Below are positions 48,569-59,994 of a stretch of 64,000 bases of DNA, piece after piece. Both the position numbers and the translations under genes were made by a program. Position 1 is the first letter of the stretch. Each line of letters starts with the position of its first letter. This DNA comes from an uncultured virus (IMG/VR IMGVR_UViG_3300032242_002374). Its lineage: Duplodnaviria > Heunggongvirae > Uroviricota > Caudoviricetes. The notes under the pieces are model-generated. The model worked only from the letters and a program-made list of their open reading frames with translations, had not been told where the DNA came from and searched no databases. The stretch lies in the IMG/VR virus record IMGVR_UViG_3300032242_002374; one strand, written 5' to 3'.

Positions 48569-49528
48569 TCATTTGTATTTTTTTATAAGTTCTAAAAATT
48601 CTTTAATTCTAAAATCCCAATTAGCATTTTTTTGTACAAAGTCACATCCTTGATTTGCAATAATATCTCTTTCTTTTTTATGCTCTAGGTAGTAATAACA
48701 CTTAGCAATTAGGTCTGGTATATCACTCCACACTACAAAATGCTTTTTATCTTCAAAATCCAAGTCGAAATCTTTGTATGCGTGCGATAGCACAAAAGCA
48801 CCAGATGCCATTTCTCTAAATAACCTATCACTACTATAACGTGAATAATCAAAATGGCTGCAATTGATTGCTATTGCACAAGTCCTATAAATTTCAGCTT
48901 CATCTGTATTGTTTACATTTTCATATTCAGCATTAAAAAGAGGTTTCCAGTTACCACCATACAAATTAAATTTGTCTCCAAACTCATATTTAAGCGATTC
49001 TATCATTTGTTTACGAAGTCCTGTTAATGGGAAATCTAATTGAGGATAATAGTTCGCACAAAATACTATATTATCGTGGCATTCTTTTGGGTCGCTAAAT
49101 TTAAAGCTATCTAATTTTGTATTGTAATAAATATGGTCGTAACCTATTTGCAAATAATCAGATTTTAAGCCAAGATTACGCATCTTTTCTACATCTGTCA
49201 TATTGGTAAATAGGGTAACAAAATATTCCCCCAACTGTATATACCAATCAATATTTCTTCTTACATCCCCAGTCCAATTAAACCCAATACTATTTTCACT
49301 TATTACTTTTGCTGCTTCTTCACTTATAATATTTGGTTGTTGTATTTGCAAAAATACTGCATCGTATTTATTTTGAATAACTTCATTTATTATTGAATAA
49401 TTCAAAACATCTATTGGCATTTGTTCCCACCAGATAGTTGTAACTTCTGAAAAGTTATCAGTAAATGCTTTTGTTATTGTATAATGAGGATGCTCCTCTC
49501 CATTCATTGCTATTCGTAGTATTTTCAC
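48569..49528 (-). CDS. CgeB-like GT-B glycosyltransferase
   Basis: WTGD, IAINCS, SDRLFREMASG, IANQG. Confidence 0.8.
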   Translation of the reverse strand: MKILRIAMNGEEHPHYTITKAFTDNFSEVTTIWWEQMPIDVLNYSIINEVIQNKYDAVFLQIQQPNIISEEAAKVISENSIGFNWTGDVRRNIDWYIQLGEYFVTLFTNMTDVEKMRNLGLKSDYLQIGYDHIYYNTKLDSFKFSDPKECHDNIVFCANYYPQLDFPLTGLRKQMIESLKYEFGDKFNLYGGNWKPLFNAEYENVNNTDEAEIYRTCAIAINCSHFDYSRYSSDRLFREMASGAFVLSHAYKDFDLDFEDKKHFVVWSDIPDLIAKCYYYLEHKKERDIIANQGCDFVQKNANWDFRIKEFLELIKKYK

Positions 49529-49537
49529 GTTTATTTT

Positions 49538-50173
49538 TTAATAGGTAGTTGGTAATAGTAAATAAGGTGGTGGTACTTTTTCATAATCATCGCCCTGATT
49601 CCAATATCTTATGTTTGAACTATGATAATGAAAGGTCTTTATAGTTTTACTTGGATTGATTACATTGTAGCCAGATTGTTGTAATTCGTATGCTAGTCTA
49701 TTGTCTATACCTGCAACACCAAGATTCATTTCAAATGGAGTTCTAATTTTAGGAGAACCATAGAATATCCAAGTGTCCTGCGAATCTGTTCTATCAAATA
49801 ATATTGAAGTGCCATCATTTGAATAGTCCCATCTACTCAAAGCTAAACAAGTATTAGCATCTAAACCATAATTTTTTATTTGCTGCAAATCTTCAAAAAA
49901 TATATCGGTGTTTGCTAAAATGTTTATATCGTTAGAAAATTTAGGTTGCGACATTATTTTAAAAAAATAATTTATTGTTGGTCTATCAACTCCAACGTGC
50001 AGTTCTACGTTATTAATACCAACAATATTTACAGATGGCAAATCAGAAGGATGTATGAGAATATTGATACTATCAAACCCAGCATTGATATTTTTTTGCA
50101 AACAAAATTCTAACTCTTGTTGCCTTTCTTTACTACCTTGAGTGTAATAGTTTATGAATAGGTTAGTTTTCAT
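49538..50173 (-). CDS. GT-A-like glycosyltransferase
   Basis: LANTDIFF, ALSRW, SQDTWIF, GIDNRLA, HYH. Confidence 0.6.
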   Translation of the reverse strand: MKTNLFINYYTQGSKERQQELEFCLQKNINAGFDSINILIHPSDLPSVNIVGINNVELHVGVDRPTINYFFKIMSQPKFSNDINILANTDIFFEDLQQIKNYGLDANTCLALSRWDYSNDGTSILFDRTDSQDTWIFYGSPKIRTPFEMNLGVAGIDNRLAYELQQSGYNVINPSKTIKTFHYHSSNIRYWNQGDDYEKVPPPYLLLPTTY

Positions 50174-50348
50174 TCATTTTTTTATTTTCTTGATACAGAA
50201 AAAAAAGTCCTAGAGAATATGTTATAATTATGTAAGGATATTTAAACCAATAATCATTACTATTTTTATCTTCCATAAATATCCCGAGAATACATAAGAA
50301 TGATGTTAATAGTGATATAATAAATATATTTTTCATTGTTTATTTTTG

Positions 50349-50419
50349 AAGCAATATTTGGGGTCGAACCAAAACAAGCAGTACCAAAAACTGCGGTGCT
50401 ACCATTACACCATATTGCC
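50349..50419 (-). tRNA. tRNA-Gln (TTG)
   Basis: GGCAATA acceptor, D-arm GTGTAATGGTAGCAC, anticodon arm GCAGT-TTTTGGT-ACTGC, T-arm TTTGG-TTCGACC-CCAAA; no encoded CCA. Confidence 0.9.
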
Positions 50420-50430
50420 TGAATTGCTAA

Positions 50431-50736
50431 TTATGGTTTTACGATTTCTTTAAATGGTTTGCCATCCTTTTCAATGTTCCAGCACTTCAATGTATTTATA
50501 ACTCCTTCTGTGCCATCTTTACGATTGAATGATTTGCCCTTGATGTCTATGTAAATAGTAACATAATCTCCAACTTTGTAATTGTCAATCATCTTACAAT
50601 CATCTTTCCATAATTCTAATTGAAAGGTATTTGCAAACTTTTCTGCAAGTTCTTGAATCCAGAAAATACGTTTGTCAAAGTTGTTGTATGTTTCAGTTTG
50701 AAACACTTGTTTAATTTTGCCTTGTAGCTTTGTCAT
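50431..50736 (-). CDS. DUF3127 OB-fold (SSB-like) protein
   Basis: LQGKIK...KR.F.I...FQLEL..D.C...GD.V.I.IDIKG...NTLKCWNIE; start moved to MTKLQG. Confidence 0.8.
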   Translation of the reverse strand: MTKLQGKIKQVFQTETYNNFDKRIFWIQELAEKFANTFQLELWKDDCKMIDNYKVGDYVTIYIDIKGKSFNRKDGTEGVINTLKCWNIEKDGKPFKEIVKP

Positions 50737-50785
50737 TGTTATTTTTTTTGTGTGCAAATATATATGTAATTGTTTTTATGTGCAA

Positions 50786-51568
50786 TTATCTTGGATGAAT
50801 TATTTCTTTTGTTTCTATTTGTTTTTTAAATATTGATTTTAAAAATACTTGTATGTATTTTAAGTTTGTTTTACCAAATCCTTGTTTCTTAAATCTTCTA
50901 GCGGAGGTTTTAATTGTTAAATTAGTATCAAAGTATATTTTACCATATTTAATTAAATTGAGAGCCATATCGGTATCATCTCCATAAAATGTTAAGTCTT
51001 CATTCAAAGGGAATAGATATTCCTTTAAAACAAATACATTCCCCCCTAATATAATACCCCCTATTTTAAAAAATTGCAAAGTGTATGAAATATACTTATA
51101 TAAGAATTGCTGTATAAATAAGGAAACATTTCTTCTAATAAAATTAGTATCATCATAAAAATTCATAGCTCCAGTAACAGCAACAGCATTTTCTTTTTTT
51201 AAAGAACTGAATCCATTTCTTATCCAATTATAATTTACTATACAATCTGCATCTAAAAAAGCTATTATATCCCCAGAAGATATTTTCCTTCCACATTCTC
51301 TCGCAGCAGATGTACCTTGTTTTTTTTCAGTTACTAATTTAAAGTCTATATTTCTTACTTTGCAATAGTAAATATCTGATAGTGGATTATAATAGAATTT
51401 TGATTGATTTGTAAAAAAAGAAATTAATCTTAATTTAGTATTATCTGTTGAATAGTTATCTACTATAATAACTTCATAGTTATCGTAGCTTTGGCAAGAA
51501 AGAGAAGAAATTGCTTTAAAAATATACTTCTGTTCGTTATACGCTGGTATTATTACTGATACTTTCAT
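50786..51568 (-). CDS. glycosyltransferase family 2
   Basis: VSVIIPAYNE, IVDN.STD, FLDAD, GDDTD, TSARR. Confidence 0.9.
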   Translation of the reverse strand: MKVSVIIPAYNEQKYIFKAISSLSCQSYDNYEVIIVDNYSTDNTKLRLISFFTNQSKFYYNPLSDIYYCKVRNIDFKLVTEKKQGTSAARECGRKISSGDIIAFLDADCIVNYNWIRNGFSSLKKENAVAVTGAMNFYDDTNFIRRNVSLFIQQFLYKYISYTLQFFKIGGIILGGNVFVLKEYLFPLNEDLTFYGDDTDMALNLIKYGKIYFDTNLTIKTSARRFKKQGFGKTNLKYIQVFLKSIFKKQIETKEIIHPR

Positions 51569-51899
51569 TATTAAGTCTAGTTTTGCCAGAAGGTAATACC
51601 ATTATAATATTATCTTCTTTGTTATTTAATGTGTTATTGTCTCTGTGATTAACAACTAAGCTACTATTTAAAAAATCATCCCCATATTTTTGATATGCAG
51701 CTAATTGGTGTACATATATTTCCACCCTTTTGCTTTCGTATCTGATGCCAAAAGAATAGTAAGCTAATTTGTCGGTTTTTTTCTTATAGTGCAAAAATAG
51801 TTTTCTAGGAGTATTTTTTTCTCTATAATAGACATTGCCATCTTTTACCCTATACCCATTTTCATAAGCAAATATAATCGCCTTTTTCTTCTCTGTCAT
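51537..51899 (-). CDS. HNH endonuclease-like protein
   Basis: YVHQLAAY...VNHRDNNTLNN..DNI. Confidence 0.7.
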   Translation of the reverse strand: MTEKKKAIIFAYENGYRVKDGNVYYREKNTPRKLFLHYKKKTDKLAYYSFGIRYESKRVEIYVHQLAAYQKYGDDFLNSSLVVNHRDNNTLNNKEDNIIMVLPSGKTRLNNESISNNTSV

Positions 51900-54456
51900 T
51901 TTTTTGTGCTTTTATTTGATGTTGACAATTTGAGCTATTAAAATTGTTTCTTATGTTTGAACCATATCTATCCAAATATCGTAAACATTTGTTCTTCTTT
52001 CTGCAATCAGCATTAAAGCATCTTGAATAGTCTTTAGGTAGTGTCGTAAGGAATAGCATATTATTATTGATAGGATTATTGTTTTCATTTTTTAAATGTT
52101 ATTGTATCATTTGGTTGAAACTTTTTTGTAAAAAAATCATCAACTAGCATTTCTTGTACACTATCAGTTAATGGTTTATAAATCTTTAAATAGTTATTAA
52201 AAACCGTAGAGTGATTAGATATTACTACCCATCCTTCATATCTTGATAAATTATTTTGTACTTGAGGACGACCACACCCAATAAAAAACATAGATGTAGC
52301 AATTAGTAGTGTTGTTAGTGTTCTTTTCATATTTATTTTTTAATTGTATTATACCATTCAATTGCTTTACCAAGTTCTTCAAATGCTTTAAGAGGTGTTT
52401 CATTTTCTAATATAGCATCTGTTATATTTTTAATAGGATAATTATATAAACCACACTCCTTATTAAACTTAAACCATACTGGCATTAATTCATTATAATT
52501 TGAATAATACTCCAAAACACCTTTTACTTTATCTTCTATATATATAGAATCAATATCAAGATAATAATGGGGATAATAACATTGATGTTTAGGATTTTCC
52601 CATTTTTCATAGTATTTATACCCCATAAATTCAGCCATTAATACTGAATACTTATTAATTTCTTCTTGTGTCATTTTATAATATTAAGTTAATGTATTCT
52701 TCGTGACTAATTGTATAACCTTTTAACATTCCATTTATACCATCTTGTCTTGCACAACTAATTACTTTTTCAAGTTCTTCCTTACTTAAAACATACTTGT
52801 TTGTTTCTTCTTTTAGCCAATGGGTTGGGTAATTATCTTCTTCATCACCTGTGTTAAAATTAGTTGGATATTCAAAATACGCTAAATTCATTCTTGGTAT
52901 TAATGTTGAACTACCTCTATTTTCTAAAATAAAAACAGCAGTCTTATCTTGAGGCAATTCATCATTTACACTTACAGGTACAAATACCTTATCTGTCATT
53001 GTTAGTTTCATTGTTTTCTTTTAAAAAGTTTCTTACATCTTTAAACACAGATTCTAATTCACCAATTTTAACAATTTCTTTTTTATGTTTTATTAGAAAT
53101 TCAGCAAATTCTTTTTGTGTTCTAGTTAATGGTGGATGCTTTGTTTGTGCTGCCCATTTTAAAAATGTTTCACTATTCATTGTTTAATAGTTTGATTTAC
53201 TTAATAAACACATTATGATAGCTGCTCCTGCCATTAATATTGTAAACACTACACATAATATTGTTTCTTGTTTTTCATCTTCTGCTGGTGACATAATTAA
53301 TCATTGTTTAATAGTTTTAATATAATAATCAAATAATTCAGATAACGATAAGTATTTGTAATGTCCTTTAACATCGTACATTATTTCATTCCCTCTTATT
53401 GATATTGATTAATTGTCTTTGAATGACAAAAATCCATTTAATATATTTATAATTAATCATTTAATAGTTTTAATACACAATAATTCTTTGTTAAATCTAT
53501 TCCTTTATGTTGTAGAAATGAGTTCCAGCTTTCTAATGGGAAGATAAAAGTATAATGTCTTTCTTGGGTATAATCTTTAAAACACATAGTATCTTCTCTA
53601 CCTTCTGACCATTCTATAAAATCCATTACTTGTTCATCAGTTAATGTAGATGTAGTTCCTATTATTTCATATTTATTATTAGGTAAAGGATAAGTCCTAT
53701 AATTAGCACTTATCCTTTCTTTCCCAACTCTATAAAATAGAAAAGTATCTGCTAATGTATCAGCAATTTCAAAATCATAAGCATCTAAAAGAACTTCAAT
53801 TAGGAGTAATGTATCTCCTTTATGTGTTTTTAATGTTTGCATTTGGTTGGTTTTTATTACAAAAATAAGATTTGCCAGTACAATAATACCCACAATGAGA
53901 ACAATAATCTTCATTATCAAATATTGATAATATCCATTTAATTAGTTTTTTCATAACGAATTTATTTCTTGCGTTTGGCGGTCAGTTGGATTAATACGTT
54001 CAGCAATATTCCCATTTATTGCATTGATAAATACACTTCTAAAAAAATCGTAATTCATTACTTCACCTTCGCCTTTGCCAATTTCACCTTTTAATATTTT
54101 ATCAATGAGCCAATATTTTTCAGCCCATTGCATAACTTCTTATCCTACTGATAATTTTTGTTCCATAATGTTTATTATTAATTGTTTGTGTTTACTTCTG
54201 TGTTAAGGAACTCTCCTATATTTTCATAGCCAAATGTCCCATAATCATTTATTTTAAACGGTGTTTTTGCTGCATCCCAACAATATTTTAAAATAGGAGT
54301 AGCAGATGTAAGTTTTGATTTCTTTATTTCTTGTAATTGGTCTAATCTACCTGATACATAAAAATCATCTCCACTTTCATTTAATAATTTAGATAATTTT
54401 TCAATTTCTTCATCCAACCAATTTTCATCTATTGTTTTTATTTCGTTGTATTTCAT
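51862..54456 (-). other. cluster of small hypothetical phage genes (51862..52059 Cys-rich, 52085..52330 lipoprotein-like, 52333..52674, 52676..53011, 52989..53180, 53453..53920, 54178..54456)
   Basis: Tightly packed co-directional ORFs; 52085..52330 has a lipobox-like FIGC. Confidence 0.6.
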
Positions 54457-54483
54457 TTTTTTAGTTTTAAATACCCATTATTT

Positions 54484-54623
54484 AGAGTTGATGCAATAGG
54501 ATTTGAACCTATAAGATTAGACCATTTCGTGTTTAACCGCTAATCCCCACGTTTCAGCCATTCTATACACTTCTTTTAGCTTACTATGCAGTATGTTTAC
54601 CAGTTTCATCATACACCAACTCT
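54484..54623 (-). ncRNA. tRNA-like element with intact D and T arms and an enlarged central region
   Basis: Acceptor AGAGTTGGTGTA/TGCATCAACTCT, D-arm ATGAAACTGGTAAACAT, T-arm ATAGG-TTCAAAT-CCTAT; about 80 nt between the arms. Confidence 0.6.
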
Positions 54624-54653
54624 TATAATAATGAGTTTTACTATCCTTTAAAG

Positions 54654-55268
54654 TCACCTATTATAAGGCTTTTTAAACTTTTCTCTTTTAGGTTCACCGC
54701 CCCACATATTTATATAAAGCTGTTTATTATTTTTCCCTAATTCTTGCAGTTCTGGCATTTTCTCCATCGTTTTACAATTATTATAAATGAATGGATTTAA
54801 TGCAGGAGCTGCTATCATAGTAACTCCGCTTAGTTTCATTCTATATTCGTAAGAACTATCTTCATAATAAGCTGGAAAAAAACATTCGTCAAAACGACCT
54901 ACTTTGTTGTATATCTTTTTAGAAATAATAAATGCACACCAATCTGGAGTTGCTCTAATCAAATTATTCCCTCTAATATTTATCATCATCTCTATATCCA
55001 ATGATGTTTTGCGTAAATAAATATCATCATTTAGTATGAGTGCGTAATCTAATTGTTCAAATATTTTATCGCATAATACATTCCAAGATGCTGCAACGCC
55101 AATATTTTGTTTATTGGCAATAACTTCTATATTGGCAAAACTTTGTATTCCTTGATTGCCATTATCAATAACGTATATTTTTTCTTTAAAGTCCCTGCTA
55201 TACATTTTCAATGATGGCAGTAATAAGTCGGCTCTATTAAGAGTTGGTATTCCTATTGCGAATTTCAT
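54654..55268 (-). CDS. glycosyltransferase family 2
   Basis: IGIPTLNR, VIDNG, GVAASWN, LNDD, FDE.F.PAYYED. Confidence 0.85.
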   Translation of the reverse strand: MKFAIGIPTLNRADLLLPSLKMYSRDFKEKIYVIDNGNQGIQSFANIEVIANKQNIGVAASWNVLCDKIFEQLDYALILNDDIYLRKTSLDIEMMINIRGNNLIRATPDWCAFIISKKIYNKVGRFDECFFPAYYEDSSYEYRMKLSGVTMIAAPALNPFIYNNCKTMEKMPELQELGKNNKQLYINMWGGEPKREKFKKPYNR

Positions 55269-55519
55269 ATAATAGAAAATATTATTCTTTCGTTTAATCT
55301 AAAGTTTAATGGGGCTGAATTAATACTTGTTGCTTGCTTTATTTTAAAAGATAATTTTTCTTTTTCCAAAGCGTAAGTCACTTTTGGTAATTCTTCTTCT
55401 GTATATAAACAAGTTTCTTTAAACCTATATGTTGTATGTATGGTATCGTTAATTACTGATAAATACTGATTTTTTTCATATCCTACTGTGTGTAGAAAAA
55501 ATAATTTTAGATTGTTCAT
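55265..55519 (-). CDS. hypothetical protein
   Basis: Start moved to MNNLKL downstream of TATATTTG box. Confidence 0.55.
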   Translation of the reverse strand: MNNLKLFFLHTVGYEKNQYLSVINDTIHTTYRFKETCLYTEEELPKVTYALEKEKLSFKIKQATSINSAPLNFRLNERIIFSII

Positions 55520-55576
55520 TTTAATTGTTTTTTTTGCAAATATATAATAAATTGTATAATAGTACAAATATTTTAA

Positions 55577-55936
55577 TTACTCTATTATTTCGCCACCTTC
55601 GCCAATAGTGAATCCAGTATCATCATCTATTATTGTATCATTAATCTCAAAAAGGTTTCTTTCATTCATAGGTCTTGGAGCTTCTTCTATTAAATAAACT
55701 TGTCTGAAATAAACATCGGTGTACCATTTACCATTCCAAATTTTAGATTTCATATAAATGTTAGCCTTTATTTTATCTTTAGGTTTTAGCTTCATTTCAA
55801 AAATCTTGTCTTTCCAATATCCAAATAAGGATATAGCAACAGGAACTATTTTATCATTCATTTTTTTGCGTAAAATAATTTGTGCTACCTTATCACTTAC
55901 TACAACTATATCATATATTCTGCCGACAATTACCAT
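55577..55936 (-). CDS. OB-fold single-stranded DNA-binding protein
   Basis: IVGRI...SKIWNGKWYTDV with acidic tail. Confidence 0.65.
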   Translation of the reverse strand: MVIVGRIYDIVVVSDKVAQIILRKKMNDKIVPVAISLFGYWKDKIFEMKLKPKDKIKANIYMKSKIWNGKWYTDVYFRQVYLIEEAPRPMNERNLFEINDTIIDDDTGFTIGEGGEIIE

Positions 55937-56754
55937 AACTCTGGTGTTATTAAATTTAATATTTCATCAACGTTTTCAAATCTACTAAAAAAGTCCATTA
56001 CACACCATACTTTACAATACCTTTCTTTTTGCTTATTTTCGTCTTTTTCTGTAAATTTTAAAAAGCCACCATTCGCTCTGTCTTGTATTAATTTATGGTT
56101 TGCCCATTCGGTTGCTTTGTAAGATGTTTTTTTATCAAATGTAAATTTGAAAAGTTCCTTATTATTTGCAAAAAATTCATAAGATAAACTTAGCAAATCC
56201 GTGAACTCCCCTTTTTGTTTCCACTCATTCCATAATCCTTTTATTATTATCTTTTGGTTTTCCGCTTTCTGCTCTTTAGTTGGCTCTTTACTTTTTGCAT
56301 CCTCTTCTAATTTAGCTTTATCTCTACGCATAATGGCATCAGCTAATTTTGGCTTTTTATAATTTACATAAGCATTTAATACTTGAGATATAAATAATGG
56401 AGAAAGCATACCATAAAATTGTATATCAGTATCATATTTTTGCATAATGAATAAGTTAAAAGCTAACTCATATTCTTTAGTAGTTAGTCCACCATAATTA
56501 TTATGCACAAATTGTGTTGCTATAACAAGTTCTTCTTTATTGTTATAATCTTTAGGAACTCCTAAAAGCATTCTTGTTTTAGAAATATATTCTAATAAAT
56601 CTGGCGTTGCCATATTAGATATTATTATGCCATTTGAAACTGCTATGGCAACTTCTTTTTCATTTGGTTCTGTCGTAAAGTCCGACAAGCACTTTTGCAT
56701 CTGCGATTGTACTTGCAAATTTTGCGAAGTTGGTATCTGTTTTTGTAATTCCAT
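55930..56754 (-). CDS. hypothetical replication-associated protein
   Basis: Between initiator-like and SSB-like genes. Confidence 0.5.
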   Translation of the reverse strand: MELQKQIPTSQNLQVQSQMQKCLSDFTTEPNEKEVAIAVSNGIIISNMATPDLLEYISKTRMLLGVPKDYNNKEELVIATQFVHNNYGGLTTKEYELAFNLFIMQKYDTDIQFYGMLSPLFISQVLNAYVNYKKPKLADAIMRRDKAKLEEDAKSKEPTKEQKAENQKIIIKGLWNEWKQKGEFTDLLSLSYEFFANNKELFKFTFDKKTSYKATEWANHKLIQDRANGGFLKFTEKDENKQKERYCKVWCVMDFFSRFENVDEILNLITPELW

Positions 56755-57226
56755 TTAAGTAATTTTCAAATTTAGTTTTGCAAAATAGAGTAATAGGTCG
56801 TAAATAAATTTCATCTTTAGTACCTATCCATTGTTCTGTTTTTTTATCTATGACTATTTTAAAATCGGATGTTGTATATCCGTCTTTTATCCTTGCATAG
56901 ATAAGTTCTTTATTTTTACCCTTAGCTTGAAATGTCGTTCCTGCTTTTTTATTAAGGTAATCAATAATACTTTGTACTACCTTTAGTTTATTTTCGTCTT
57001 CTTTCTCTATTATTTCAAAATCTTGCCGAAGGAGCTGTATGCCAAATTCATATACTTCTTTAATTTCACAGACTTTAGGGAAAGCCTTTATTTGTTTCTC
57101 TACAAAATCTTTATTATGAATTTCATCCACAAAGTTAGATAACCAATAAAACCATATTCGGCTATACAGCTTATCCTTTTCGGCAATTCTTTTAAAAAAT
57201 ATTTCTGGAATGACGATATTTCGCAT
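56660..57226 (-). CDS. phage replication initiator-like protein (phg_2220_C domain)
   Basis: IIDYLNKKAG...ARIKDGYT..DFK.VIDKK...YLRP.TLF...KFENYLN. Confidence 0.8.
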   Translation of the reverse strand: MRNIVIPEIFFKRIAEKDKLYSRIWFYWLSNFVDEIHNKDFVEKQIKAFPKVCEIKEVYEFGIQLLRQDFEIIEKEDENKLKVVQSIIDYLNKKAGTTFQAKGKNKELIYARIKDGYTTSDFKIVIDKKTEQWIGTKDEIYLRPITLFCKTKFENYLNGITKTDTNFAKFASTIADAKVLVGLYDRTK

Positions 57227-57429
57227 TACGCTATGATTTCATCTACTGTAACATCTAATGATGTTGCAATAATTCTTGCAGTTTCAAGTGTATAGTTTGT
57301 CTTTACGCCACAAACGATTCTTGATAAGTTTGCTTTATCAAAATCTATGTTGTGTTTTTCTTTAATTGTTCTAATCAAATCTGATTGGAGCATCTTTTTT
57401 TCTATTAGTAATTGCTGGAGTTTTGTCAT
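57226..57429 (-). CDS. XRE-family HTH regulator
   Basis: LLIEKKM.QSDL...ANLSRIV.G...TA.IIA..LDV.VDEI. Confidence 0.8.
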   Translation of the reverse strand: MTKLQQLLIEKKMLQSDLIRTIKEKHNIDFDKANLSRIVCGVKTNYTLETARIIATSLDVTVDEIIA

Positions 57430-57431
57430 TT

Positions 57432-59557
57432 TTAAAATGTAATGTTTATGTTTAAGTTATCGAAATCTATGTGTACTGTTTCTGGCTGCATCATTTGATA
57501 TGTGGATATACCAAATTTAGCGATATTACTATGTAGGCATTGAATTTTCCATTTATCTGTCGTTGCAGCAAATGTTACCTTATGAGCTACTTTATAATCA
57601 ACGTAATTATGCTTATATGTAAACGAGCCTTTTACTTCTTTTGGTATTATTTGTAATTGGGCTTGATATTCTCTTTTATCAATATCAACATCCCATTCTA
57701 CATATATATCCATTTCTGTATTAATTATTTCTATCTTGGCTTTTCTTATATAGCAAGTTGCTTCTAAAATTTTCGTAATCATTTTTGCAAATATATAATG
57801 TTGATAACTAATACAACGAATTAATTTTCCAGCAATCACAATTTGAACACATTTCATTTCTATTTTCTGTTGGGCAATACTTTAAATCTACTTTTAGGTA
57901 TATCATTTGTTTTACAATTTCGTAGTGCTTATTCAAGTCATTCCTTAGTTGAGTAGTTTCAGATGTATAAAACTTTATTAATGGATTTTTTTGCTCTATT
58001 GTTTTTGCTTTCTTTTCTAAGGCTTTAATCTTAGTCTTTATGCTCCTTACTTGAGGTTTCATTTTGTTTAGTGTGTTAGTTGATTTCTATTTTGTCGCCA
58101 CCATCGTAATTGTTTAAAAAATTATTGTTTTCATCAATAGAATCTTCCCAAGCTGCAAAAATAATTGTCTTAATAGGTTTAATAAATTCTAATTGAGTAT
58201 AGGCTGGATATTGAGTTATTTTCTCTCTAATATGGTCTAACATATTTTTCATTCCTTTAAAATCATCTTCTATAATTTGAAGATATTTACCTTGTGTTTC
58301 TAAGTCCATAGTTTTTTTTAAAATTGTTATAGAAAAAATATTTAATATTTTAATCAGAAGTAATAAATACTTTTACTGTGTCACTATTTGAATAGAAGTT
58401 AACAAATTCAACAGTCATACTTGTTTCATCATCTTCGCCTATAAAATCATCTTCCAAAGAAGATATATTAATCCAATCACCTATTCTCGGAATTGCTGGT
58501 AATTCGATTTCACATTCTTTATCATTATCGGTATTATAAAGCAATAATTTTATCATATCTATTAGGGTGTTTTAATTGTTATAAAATCTCCTTCGGTATT
58601 TATTGTTAGACTAAAGGTTTCTTTACAATCGCATTTAACTTTTGTAATCCAGCTTTTATTTTTATTGATTCTGTTGCAATACTTATCATCATCATCTACA
58701 AATTCTTTATTGCAATGAGGACAACTAAATTTTGTATTTGCAAAATCTATGAAGCCATTTGGTATTTGAAATCCTATCATTATTTAATATATTGTGTTTC
58801 TAAGTTATTATCTCCTAAATGATGTCTTGGATAGGCAAGTATAAATTCTATTGGTCTCCAAACATCTTTTTTGATAAATCTTTTTAAAGTTTTTATTTTA
58901 CCATTATGATTCAAAGTGGTTGTTACAGAATGTTCTAATACATTGAATGTATAAAAAATATACCCATCTATTGTTAGTAATGTGCTTTTCTTTTTGAACG
59001 ACACTTGCTCATTACTTTCATCAATTAAATTCCATCTACGGTGTCCTGCAACAACCTTTATTCTTGTTAGCCTTTGTTGATTTGTTGATGATGAAAATTT
59101 AAAAGCCATAAATTTTATATAATCGCTGTTAAATATTTATGGATTTCATTTACTCGTACATATTCATTAACATCTTCATAAGAAGAAAAAAGAATCATAT
59201 TAAAATCACTATCTGAAACCAATAAGTGTGAAGGTTCTCCATCGCACTCTTGTTGTAGTATTTGAATTATTATTATTCTCATATTTTATATTTTAACGAT
59301 TCTTGTACTTCATCAACAACCCAATTTTGTTTCCTATCTATTGGTATTGTGTAGTTAATTCCTTTTTGTACTATTTTACATACACGATAGTATTTAGGTT
59401 GGTCTAAAAGAAATAATAAGGAATAACCCCTAAGACTATTTTCTGGGCAGTATTCACCAAATGATGATAGGCTTAGTATTTCGCCAACTTGTTCCATATC
59501 ATTTGTTGGTTTAATTACTTCAAATTCCAAAATGGCTGTATAACGTTCTTTTTTCAT
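57432..59557 (-). other. cluster of small hypothetical genes (57432..57782, 57808..58062, 58076..58309, 58350..58556, 58562..58780 zinc-ribbon, 58780..59109, 59279..59557)
   Basis: Co-directional packed ORFs; 58562..58780 has CPHC...CDC. Confidence 0.6.
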
Positions 59558-59595
59558 TTTTTCTTGATTTTTTGATAACGTATTATTTATTTTAC

Positions 59596-59982
59596 TTAAT
59601 CGTGTATGTTCCCTATGACTTCAAAATTATCATTAACATTTAGGTCTAAATCAAATGAATAATATACATCACTTGGGAAATTATAATTAAATGCAACGTA
59701 CTTATAATTATCAAAAACTATAACAAAACCTTTTTCTTCTGGCTCTGTTGCTAATTTGTTTAATATAATATCTCCTTCAAATATTTTTACGGTATTCTTA
59801 CCATTTTTAGAAGTATATTGACATACAGTAGATGGGTTCACTTCAAACCAATCTGGAGAATTAAGTGGGAAATCTTCTGTTCTTGGGAATATAAATACAC
59901 TTCCGTCTATATGGTTTAAATCACCAGTAATCCATTCGTGTGGGCTATGTTTTCTTTTAGCCTTAAAAATAATTTCACGCAT
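59596..59982 (-). CDS. YopX family protein
   Basis: MREIIFKAK...W..G...QYT...IFEGDI...EVIGNIHD. Confidence 0.85.
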   Translation of the reverse strand: MREIIFKAKRKHSPHEWITGDLNHIDGSVFIFPRTEDFPLNSPDWFEVNPSTVCQYTSKNGKNTVKIFEGDIILNKLATEPEEKGFVIVFDNYKYVAFNYNFPSDVYYSFDLDLNVNDNFEVIGNIHD

Positions 59983-59994
59983 AGTTTTATGTTT

